Part shown: positions 1 to 7,074 of the stretch, in pieces
Position numbering within the stretch: position 1 is the first letter of the stretch
How the letters are laid out: every line of letters begins with the position of its first letter
Source of the DNA: a virus
Lineage: Duplodnaviria; Heunggongvirae; Uroviricota; Caudoviricetes
DNA length: 15,370 nucleotides
Strand: one strand, 5' to 3'
IMG/VR virus record: IMGVR_UViG_2751185972_000002
Notes under the pieces: model-generated
What the model was told of the DNA's origin: nothing
What the model saw: only the letters and a program-made list of their open reading frames with translations
Database searches by the model: none
Program-made: the position numbers and the translations under genes

Positions 1-705
1 AAGACCGCACGAATATAACGGTGGGTTCCCCCCAAACGAATCGGAAAATCGATACTGGAAAAACTCTAACTCGGTGGCCAGTTTTTGTTGACCACTTCAA
101 ACCGCAAAAAAGCGAACGTCATGCGCCCGGTGGAGTACCAGAACGGCGAAGCATTCACTATCCGTAACGTACAGGTTATGCCTGAATCCATTCCGGCTGG
201 CTTTAAGGCACTGGCTGACATGAGTCCGTTTGAATCCCTGCTGATTGTGGATTTGGGCGGAACCACGCTGGATGTGGCAAAGGTTCAGGGGCAACTGGCA
301 GGTATCAGCCAGGTGTTTTGCGATCCACACGTGGGCGTTTCTCTGATGGCCGATGCCGTACTGTCGGTGATGGCCACTAACGGTATGCGCACCAGTCACC
401 ACATCGCCAATACCATTATCGAACATCGCCATGATGAAGCCTGGCTGCGCCAGCACATCCACAATGACGCGCATTACGCCAGCCTGATGGCGGTAATTCG
501 TGAAAAGGAAGAAACACTGAAACAACGCGTGATCCGCGCGCTGGCGGTTTTTTCGGGTTACGGGCGGGTGATGGTTGTCGGTGGAGGGGCGGAGATTGTG
601 GCACCCGCTATCCGCGAAGCCTGCGGAGTTAATGCGACTTTCATCGCGGACGGGGTGCCACAGTTTGCTCTGGTTAATGGGCTGTACGCAATGGACAAGG
701 AGTAA
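1..705 (+). pseudogene. parM: ParM/StbA-like actin-type segregation ATPase; 5' end off-window and reading frame disrupted near 82-90
   Basis: ORF 85..705 (206 aa) aligns, by recall, with the C-terminal ~185 residues of plasmid R1 ParM (RKKAN, FTIxxVxVMPESIPAG, LIVDLGGTTLD, VMVVGGGAE). The same frame has stops at 16-18 and 67-69. Frame +2 is open from the window start to a TGA at 89-91 and reads ...FPPNESEN..., resembling the ParM segment just upstream. This implies a 1-nt indel around the T5 run 82-86. Confidence 0.55.
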
Positions 706-709
706 ACCA

Positions 710-1021
710 ATGACGACTCCAACCAGACGGATAAGTTTCTATCTGAAGCCCACCGCCGTCAAGAACGAAGGAGAAGCATGCGCCTGGCTGGACAGCCTTA
801 CACCAGAAGCCCGCAAAAGCGGCCAACGCGTGGCTTTTCTGGCCGGGCTGGCACTTCTGAAAATGAATCCGGCAGAGGCTTATCGACTGGCTGCATGGGC
901 TGGTGATGAAGCGTTATCAGTGACACAAACCAGGACAGAACGCCCCGCATCACAGCCAGTATCAACCGCACAGATAACCAGTCAGATGGCCGGAAATATC
1001 CGGGCGTTATTTCCTGAATAA
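710..1021 (+). CDS. parR: ParR-like ribbon-helix-helix DNA-binding protein (partition adaptor-like), 103 aa
   Basis: RBS AAGGAG 8 nt upstream of ATG 710, 4 nt after the parM-like stop. N-terminal residues RRISFYLKP...AWLDSLTPEARKSGQRVAFLAGLAL resemble R1 ParR (RRTIAFKLNP...CDTLDSIPQGERS...AALTAGLAL) by recall. Position directly downstream of parM matches parMR operon order. The track ORF 575..1021 is an upstream extension overlapping parM. Confidence 0.6.
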   Translation: MTTPTRRISFYLKPTAVKNEGEACAWLDSLTPEARKSGQRVAFLAGLALLKMNPAEAYRLAAWAGDEALSVTQTRTERPASQPVSTAQITSQMAGNIRALFPE

Positions 1022-1029
1022 CACAACAT

Positions 1030-1047
1030 CAGGGCGAGTTCGCCCTG
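1030..1047. repeat. GC-rich palindrome CAGGGCGA-gt-TCGCCCTG (hairpin) 38 bp upstream of ORF 1085
   Basis: Arms 1030-1037 and 1040-1047 are perfect reverse complements. The same arm sequence recurs at 1688-1713. No T-tract follows. Confidence 0.6.
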
Positions 1048-1084
1048 CTCTCCACCTCAGAACATAAACAAGGAGAACGACTTA

Positions 1085-1675
1085 ATGAGCGAAATCAACT
1101 ATCAGGCATTACGTGAACGTTATTCACCTGTGCCAGTACCGAAATGCCCTATTTGCGGCGAGGAAATGTCAATTCAGCGAATATCTGGAGCACAGGTTGT
1201 TTATGCCTGCTCCGGTTATGGTGATGATGGAGATTTCAAAATTGGCCGAACTCTTGCTGACGAACATTATGAAAAATCACGCGTAACAGTGTTGGATGTC
1301 GGGGATCCTGAAGTATTGGCGCTACTTGATTGGCTGGAAACCAAAGACAACCGAATCGCTGAACTGGAAAAAATCGCCACTGACTATGCACTTAAATTCC
1401 AGAAAGCACAGGACGCATTAAAGCATGCCGCTTTGCTGCATAGCAGGACGGCGCAACAAACAAATAATTTTGCAGTATCGCTTCCGGACATAAGCGAATA
1501 TTTCATTAATGACGTATTTCAGCCCTTGCGATACGAGCGGGATGTTGAAAGAGCCATCATAAAGGCTGGCGGAAAAGCATTGTGGCAGGAGAAACACGAG
1601 GACAGAACGCATCAGTCATGCGATGTAAATTGTGGATGGTTTAGCCCACTGACGACAGATAAAAATAACACCTGA
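1085..1675 (+). CDS. hypothetical protein, 196 aa; N-terminal CPICG Cys motif plus predicted coiled coil; possible ead/Ea22-like relative
   Basis: Strong RBS AAGGAG 7 nt upstream of ATG 1085; clean 196-codon ORF. Visibly more AT-rich than neighbours. N-terminus (xINYQALRE) and LALLDWLE coiled-coil segment recall the ead/Ea22-like family of lambdoid prophages; this assignment is tentative and unsearched. Confidence 0.65.
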   Translation: MSEINYQALRERYSPVPVPKCPICGEEMSIQRISGAQVVYACSGYGDDGDFKIGRTLADEHYEKSRVTVLDVGDPEVLALLDWLETKDNRIAELEKIATDYALKFQKAQDALKHAALLHSRTAQQTNNFAVSLPDISEYFINDVFQPLRYERDVERAIIKAGGKALWQEKHEDRTHQSCDVNCGWFSPLTTDKNNT

Positions 1676-1687
1676 TCCCCCTCAAAC

Positions 1688-1713
1688 CAGGGCGATAATC
1701 GCACATCGCCCTG
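1688..1713. repeat. GC-rich palindrome CAGGGCGAT-(8 nt)-ATCGCCCTG 13 bp downstream of ORF 1085..1675
   Basis: Arms 1688-1696 and 1705-1713 are perfect reverse complements and share the CAGGGCGA/TCGCCCTG core with the hairpin at 1030-1047. Possible terminator or cassette boundary; no T-tract follows. Confidence 0.6.
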
Positions 1714-1714
1714 C

Positions 1715-1741
1715 TGCACAATAGTGCACAAATTTGCACAA
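1715..1741. repeat. Three direct TGCACAA heptamers spaced exactly 10 bp apart (1715, 1725, 1735); a fourth copy at 1807-1813
   Basis: Read directly: TGCACAAtagTGCACAAattTGCACAAttttttt. Helical-phase spacing suggests a protein-binding array (operator, iteron or centromere-like). Confidence 0.55.
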
Positions 1742-2112
1742 TTTTTTTGAACGAATTTTTGCCCTTCCAGCCCGCGTGGCGGCTGGATCCGTCAAGGATC
1801 CGTGCGTGCACAAAAAAACGCGCTTTTTCTGCGCGCAGGTGACGGGGGAACAGCCCGCGTTTCAGGGGGTAAATAGCGTTCCCTTAACGATGTCGCAGCG
1901 ACACGACAGAATGGCCGTATTTCTCACGCTGAGCGTGAAAAATACGTGAGGGATTCTGATTTGATGGGGTGAAAGGTAAGGCCGTCAAAATCGCACTGAG
2001 GCGGCGAGAACATGCAGTCAACGCGGTGGGATTGCGTAAGAGTCTGACCGTCGATGGTGGCGATAAACTGGAAGGCGTCGTGAAATTATCTGACTGATAC
2101 AGGAGCTGGAGA

Positions 2113-2141
2113 GTCGGGGCATAAATTTTTTATGCCCCGGC
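2113..2141. repeat. Perfect 11-bp inverted repeat CGGGGCATAAA-ttt-TTTATGCCCCG between convergent accessory genes and Q
   Basis: Arms 2115-2125 and 2129-2139 are exact reverse complements. Lies about 25 bp beyond the Q stop. May be a bidirectional terminator-like hairpin, but no flanking U-tract on either strand. Confidence 0.45.
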
Positions 2142-2165
2142 GAAGCAGCAGACAAGCGAAGCGCG

Positions 2166-3212
2166 TCAGGATGTGGGCTGGATGTCTAACAGTGCGTAAG
2201 GGTTAAAGCGGATCACCTCTTCGCCAAGCCAGTCATTGATGTGCTTCATGGCCTCCATGACGGGCATCAGCTCGTTAATTGCGTAAACCCGCGCGGCCTT
2301 CTCCACATCACCAAACGCACTTTTTTCACCCGGCATCGCCCCCATCAGTTGCGGCGGAACGCGGTGCGCAGCCAGCACATCATCACGGGATGCCGCCTTA
2401 ACATTCATGAACTCATCCTTTGCGGTGATCTGCTGGAACGGCAAAATTTGCACCCCCTCTTTGCCCCCGTTGGGCGCATGAATGAGCACGTTTTTAAACG
2501 CACCACCACCACGCGCACCCTGTAGCGTTTCTTTCAGGGAGTCCATGCTTTCGCGGTTTACCTGCGCGGCACCGATGTAGATGATGCACCCGGCGTGGGA
2601 TCCGTTGTCGTAATACAGTTTTCTGAACATGTCCGCCGAATGAGACAGGCTGGCCGAGAGTAATGCGCCGAGATATTCCGGCATGCCGTAGATTTCCTGG
2701 TTAATGTCAGGATTCATCAGGTGACACACTTTGCCTGGGCGAAACTGAAACGCATCCTTGCCATCCTGCACATACCTCCATGATTCAAGATCGCTTCCGC
2801 GTCGCATGTATTTCGCCAGGGCGTGCCGTAATTTAAGCGGTTCGCCGAGCATATTGCTTCGAAGCTCAAGGAATGCGTTACCGAACACAAACCAGTCCAG
2901 CGCCAGCGCCGAGAAATCCTGCCGGGAAAGCAGCGGGTGCGGGATGTAGCAACCGAGCAATACATTGCGCTTAAAATAAAGCGCAGACTGATGCCAGGAC
3001 GTTTGCCGGGCAGCTCTTGCCAGACCGTACCAGTCCACCGGGGTTTCATACCACCGCCCGTTATCAGCACAGTACATATTGTCCAGCAGGTCATGCCCGG
3101 TCAGGCGATAAGGACCATCAAATGTGAATGCACTGAGCGATGATTCTTTCCTGAGCGCATCAGCGAGATCAATGCGTGAACTCATGCGCACTTTTTTATT
3201 TTTTCTGCTCAT
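2166..3212 (-). CDS. Q: portal protein (P2 gpQ-like), 348 aa
   Basis: Length matches P2 Q (344 aa by recall). Immediately downstream of, and overlapping by 1 nt (TGATG), the terminase gene, as in the P2 P-Q operon. RBS GGAG 7 nt upstream of ATG at 3212. Confidence 0.88.
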   Translation of the reverse strand: MSRKNKKVRMSSRIDLADALRKESSLSAFTFDGPYRLTGHDLLDNMYCADNGRWYETPVDWYGLARAARQTSWHQSALYFKRNVLLGCYIPHPLLSRQDFSALALDWFVFGNAFLELRSNMLGEPLKLRHALAKYMRRGSDLESWRYVQDGKDAFQFRPGKVCHLMNPDINQEIYGMPEYLGALLSASLSHSADMFRKLYYDNGSHAGCIIYIGAAQVNRESMDSLKETLQGARGGGAFKNVLIHAPNGGKEGVQILPFQQITAKDEFMNVKAASRDDVLAAHRVPPQLMGAMPGEKSAFGDVEKAARVYAINELMPVMEAMKHINDWLGEEVIRFNPYALLDIQPTS

Positions 3213-4963
3213 CAGAACTCCATAACCGTGAAACGCTCGTTTTCTCCTTCGCCGCCAATCGGTTCGTTAATGACAGCAAGCATGGTTGCCCACGCAAGGT
3301 CGCCGTGGCTGATCCCCCTCGCTCGGTCCGTTTCGTAAGTGATAAAGCCGCCCGGTGTTTTCACCTTACGCACGGCGTTAAAGGCCGCGACCAGCTCGCG
3401 TTCGGCGCGATCGTATTCCCACCGCCCGGCACGCATTATTTGCAGCATTTTCAGTACCAGCGACCGTTTTGATGACAGCGTGAAGGTGTACGGAATAGCG
3501 GCAGGGAAAAACCGTTTCACTATCTGATAAACAGCCTCCCCGTTCCCGCCCGTCACATCAATGCCGATGTGTTCCACGTTGTAGCGACACGTGAACTCTT
3601 CAATGACTCTGGCCTGTTCTTCAAACTCCAGCCCCTGAACGCGTCGCGTCTCCACCGTTCGAAAACGGCCACCAGGAACAGACGGAGGAACCACCACGGA
3701 CACAGCGCCGCTGTCGCCGTTGCCACTGCTGCCGTTTGCGTCATACCCAATCCATACCGGACGATTCCCCATCGGGCGGGGAGCAAAAGGTTTCCAGTCT
3801 TTCCAGTCGTCGTATCCGTCAACGCCGCAGCCAATCAGGATATTCAGGTTAAATGCCGATTCCCCTTCGCGGACAAACTCACACATATAGAGATTGAGGA
3901 ACTCGTCTTCGGTGTTTTCATCACGAATTTCGTCGATATCGGTGTGTTTCCAGCCGTGATTAACCACATCTTCCAGCGTGACAATTTGCCGCCACGTCCG
4001 GTCAGGGCAGATAAGCCCGTTATGCAGCGTTTTCCAGTCCACAGAAAAACGCTGGCGTTTATGCGAGGCCTTTTTCTCGTTCCAGCGGTCGCCGTTCCAG
4101 TAGGCGTATGCCTCGTGCGTTTCGGTGGATGGCGTGGAGAAGTAGGTGCGCCGCAGTCCGCTGAGGGTTGCCATAGCGCCAGCCACCTTGCGCAGTTCAG
4201 CAAAGCGACTGACCCAGAAAAATTCATCAAAATAAAAATTGCCCGTATAGGACTGTGCCGACGCAGCAGAAGTGCCGAGAAAATGCAGCTCTGCGCCGTT
4301 GGAGAGGATGATTTTATCGCCCCCTTTCAGCTCCACATCAACTTCAGCCGCGGCCTTCTGAATAATGCTTTTAAACTGGAACGCCTGACGACGCGACGCA
4401 GACAAAAAAATCTGGTTACGCTGGTAAGGTTGCGCCACATCGTCACGCAGCGCCATCAGCAGTGCTTCCTGTGCAAAATACCAGGTCGCCCCAATCTGTC
4501 GGGATTTCAGGATCATCCTGTTACGTATCCCGGCTTCCCTGCAAAGGGTCAGGGAGTCAAACCAGCCCCGCTGATGCCACTCCAGCCTGCTGATGATTTT
4601 TTCCCGCAGTGCGGCAATCTGTTCCGGCGTGAAATGATTTTTGAGTTTTTTCGCCCGGCCTTTCTTTCCTGCGGCCATCACATCCGGCTGGCCATCATGC
4701 AGCTTTTTAAGCTGCCGGGTCAGCAGGTCTATTTCCTTAAAGTCACCGCCTGTTTTATTCTGTTTTTCAGTAAGCTGGATGAGGCGCGCATCGATGGACT
4801 GCGTGACACGCTGCCCGGGTGGCGTTTCATCCCACTGGTCACGTTTTTTCCACGCATAAATCGTGTTCGGGTTTATTCCCATCAGACGTGATATTTCTGC
4901 GGGCGGATAACCCTGCCAGTAAAGTTGCCGCGCACGCTGGCGCACAAAAGCGTCCTGAATCAT
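3212..4963 (-). CDS. P: terminase large (ATPase) subunit (P2 gpP-like), 583 aa
   Basis: 583 aa vs P2 P 590 aa. N-terminal helix-turn-helix-like segment (YWQGYPPAEISRLMGINPNTIYAWKKR) typical of P2-family terminase ATPase. RBS GGGGGAG 5 nt upstream of ATG at 4963. Divergent from O as in P2. Confidence 0.9.
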   Translation of the reverse strand: MIQDAFVRQRARQLYWQGYPPAEISRLMGINPNTIYAWKKRDQWDETPPGQRVTQSIDARLIQLTEKQNKTGGDFKEIDLLTRQLKKLHDGQPDVMAAGKKGRAKKLKNHFTPEQIAALREKIISRLEWHQRGWFDSLTLCREAGIRNRMILKSRQIGATWYFAQEALLMALRDDVAQPYQRNQIFLSASRRQAFQFKSIIQKAAAEVDVELKGGDKIILSNGAELHFLGTSAASAQSYTGNFYFDEFFWVSRFAELRKVAGAMATLSGLRRTYFSTPSTETHEAYAYWNGDRWNEKKASHKRQRFSVDWKTLHNGLICPDRTWRQIVTLEDVVNHGWKHTDIDEIRDENTEDEFLNLYMCEFVREGESAFNLNILIGCGVDGYDDWKDWKPFAPRPMGNRPVWIGYDANGSSGNGDSGAVSVVVPPSVPGGRFRTVETRRVQGLEFEEQARVIEEFTCRYNVEHIGIDVTGGNGEAVYQIVKRFFPAAIPYTFTLSSKRSLVLKMLQIMRAGRWEYDRAERELVAAFNAVRKVKTPGGFITYETDRARGISHGDLAWATMLAVINEPIGGEGENERFTVMEF

Positions 4964-5117
4964 TGCTCCCCCTGAGTAATTACAGGAAGATTACCCGCGC
5001 GCGAAACTGTTCTCCTTAACCCTCTGTTCTGGCCGTTTTCTTACAACAAAAGCCCTTTGTATCAGCCTGTTACGCTTTGCCATCATGACTGAAGAACCAG
5101 TCAGAGGGGCAAAAACT
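4964..5117. promoter_or_regulatory. Divergent late promoter region between P and O (expected Ogr-type activator-dependent promoters)
   Basis: 154-bp gap between divergently transcribed P and O. In P2 this gap carries the late promoters activated by Ogr; that is established knowledge, not read from this sequence. The only symmetric element I see is an imperfect dyad ACAAA-agccc-TTTGT at 5046-5060. No clear sigma70 -35/-10, consistent with activator dependence. Confidence 0.35.
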
Positions 5118-5954
5118 ATGGCTAATGAAAAAAAGACATCCCGCAAAAAGTTTCGCGTGGCTGTCTCCGGATCAACTGTTGATGGCCGTGAAATCAGTCC
5201 GGTGCATCTGCGTGAAGCCGCCGAGAACTTCAACCCGGATGTTTACGCTGCCCGCGTGAACGTTGAGCACTATCTCTCGCCATGCCCGTCAAGCGAATTT
5301 TCCGCAATGGGCGATGTCACCGCACTGAGTACGGAAGAGATTACGGAAGGTCCGCTGGCCGGACGTACTGCGCTGTATGCAGAAATCGAACCGACCGAGC
5401 GCATGAAGCAGCTTGTTGCGGACGGCAAGAAAATCTATTCCAGTATCGAACTGCACCCGCAGTTCTCCGTTAACGGGCGCGCCTATCTGGTCGGGCTGGC
5501 GATGACCGACACCCCGGCAAGCCTGGGCACTGAGCGCCTGAAATTCACGGCACAGCAACGTCAGGCGGTGATGACGTTTAACAGTATCCAGGGTGAAGCG
5601 CCGCTTATCTCCGAAGCCATCGAGTCTGAAATCATCGAAATGGCAGAACAACGCCAGGAAGAAGGCACCCAGTGGTTTAACCGCGTAATGGGGATTATTG
5701 GCCGTGGCCGCAAAGCGGATGACGCCAGTTTTTCCCGTATTCAGGAAGCGGTGGAAGGCGTCGCAACGTCACAGGCCGACATTATCGACCGTTTTAATGT
5801 GCTGGAAACCCGCCATCAGCAGGACCGCCAGAAAATTACGTCACTGACCACAGAGCTGGCAGCACTGAAGGAAAAACTGCGCACGCAGGACGGCGATCCG
5901 CAGAACCGCTTCACCGCAACGGGCGCAGCCTCCGACCAGCTGGCCGACTTCTGA
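5118..5954 (+). CDS. O: capsid scaffolding protein (P2 gpO-like), 278 aa
   Basis: Start set to ATG 5118 (MANEKK...; RBS AGAGGGG upstream) rather than the track start 5085. Sequence KKFRVAVSGSTVDGREIS...YLVGLAMTDTPASLGTE parallels P2 gpO (FFRIGVEGDTCDGRVIS...YLVGLAVTDDPASLGTE, recall). P2 O is 284 aa. Confidence 0.88.
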   Translation: MANEKKTSRKKFRVAVSGSTVDGREISPVHLREAAENFNPDVYAARVNVEHYLSPCPSSEFSAMGDVTALSTEEITEGPLAGRTALYAEIEPTERMKQLVADGKKIYSSIELHPQFSVNGRAYLVGLAMTDTPASLGTERLKFTAQQRQAVMTFNSIQGEAPLISEAIESEIIEMAEQRQEEGTQWFNRVMGIIGRGRKADDASFSRIQEAVEGVATSQADIIDRFNVLETRHQQDRQKITSLTTELAALKEKLRTQDGDPQNRFTATGAASDQLADF

Positions 5955-5977
5955 TTAGACAAAGGAGCAAATTTTTT

Positions 5978-7029
5978 ATGAATCTGGTGATGTCAGATAT
6001 TACCCGCAACAAGCTGGGTTGCTATATGGCGCAGCAGGTGTCGCTTAATAATATCCCGGTATCTGCACTGGTGTCGCGATTTACCGTGGAACCCGCGGTG
6101 CAGCAGCGTTTTGAAAACGCCTCAAAGGAAAGTACCGAATTTACGAAAAAAATAACGTGATCGGCGTGACCGACCAGAAAGGCGAAAAAATCCTCCTGGA
6201 TACCACAGGACCGATTGCGCGCACGAATACCAGTTATGACGGCACAAAACGCCGTAACCCGAATAACGTGGTTGATCTGAAAAACCGCAAATATCAGTGT
6301 GAACAGGTGAACTACGACACGTTTATTTCGTATCCGCAGCTTGATGCCTGGTCGGCACACCCTGATTTTCAGTCCCGCATCAGCGCACAGATTGCCCGAC
6401 AGGTGGCGCTTGACCGCATCATGATCGGTTTCAACGGCACGTCTCACGCGGATGAGTCCAACTTCAGCACCAACAAGCTGCTTCAGGACGTTAACGTGGG
6501 CTGGCTGGAGCACATCAGAACCGACGCCAGCGAACGCGTTATGAATGACGTGACGCTGACCTCCCGCAACATGGACAACACCGTGGCGCACGCGGGTAAG
6601 TATGCGAACGCTGATGCACTGGTACAGGACGCGCGTTCATCCCTGCTGGATGAATGGCACAAGGAAGCTGACGACCTCGTGGTGATTATGGGGCGCAACC
6701 TGTTTAACTCGCTGCGTCTGCCCGTGCTGAACAGCATCAGCGGCCAGAATCCCAATGCGGAATTACTCGCCGGGCAGCTCATCCTGTCATCGCGCACCAT
6801 TGGCGGGCTGGGCGTGTTCCTTGCGCCGTTCTTCCCGGATGCAACGATGCTGATCACCTCGTTCAACAACCTGTCGATTTACTGGCAGAAAGGTTCAATG
6901 CGTCGCCTGATGAAAGACGAGCCGGAATACAACCGCATCGCCACCTACCAGTCCATCAATGACGCTTATGTCGTTGAAGACTATGGCAAGTGCGCGATGG
7001 TTACTGGCCTGAAGTTCGCCGACAGCTAA
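5978..7029 (+). pseudogene. N: major capsid protein (P2 gpN-like) with a 1-nt frameshift at the A7 run 6146-6152
   Basis: ORF 5978..6160 (60 aa; RBS AAGGAG; contains RFTVEPAV like P2 N KFTVEPSV) stops at TGA 6158-6160. ORF 6157..7029 (290 aa) continues the P2 N homology (KGEKI, MIGFNGT, VGWL, DLVVIMGR, LSIYW, DYVVEDY). Combined length ~350 aa vs P2 N 357 aa. Restoring one base at or next to the A7 tract gives a continuous ...EFTKKINVIGVTDQ... frame. Confidence 0.8.
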
Positions 7030-7038
7030 TCAACTCAC

Positions 7039-7057
7039 GGCGGGCATCATGCCCGCC
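7039..7057 (+). other. GC-rich hairpin GGCGGGCA-tca-TGCCCGCC directly after the capsid gene stop
   Basis: Perfect 8-bp arms at 7039-7046 and 7050-7057, 10 nt after the N stop and 18 nt before the M start. No U-tract, so more likely an mRNA-stability or attenuation element than a full terminator. Confidence 0.4.
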
Positions 7058-7074
7058 TGTAACGGAGAGCAAAA

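Noticed and set aside
97-604. Minus-strand ORFs 97..525 and 416..604 opposite the parM-like gene
   Set aside because: Antisense to a region with clear ParM homology on the plus strand; no supporting signals.
1734-1949. 71-aa plus-strand ORF in the non-coding spacer
   Set aside because: No RBS; it spans the TGCACAA and GGATCC repeat region and T-runs, so the open frame looks incidental.
3569-4891. 440-aa plus-strand ORF inside the terminase large subunit gene
   Set aside because: Antisense to a strongly supported, homology-backed gene; arginine/proline-rich low-complexity translation typical of the reverse strand of GC-rich coding DNA; no RBS.
6022-6869. Minus-strand ORFs 6022..6591 and 6483..6869 within the capsid gene
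   Set aside because: Antisense to a gpN-homologous coding sequence; composition atypical for proteins.
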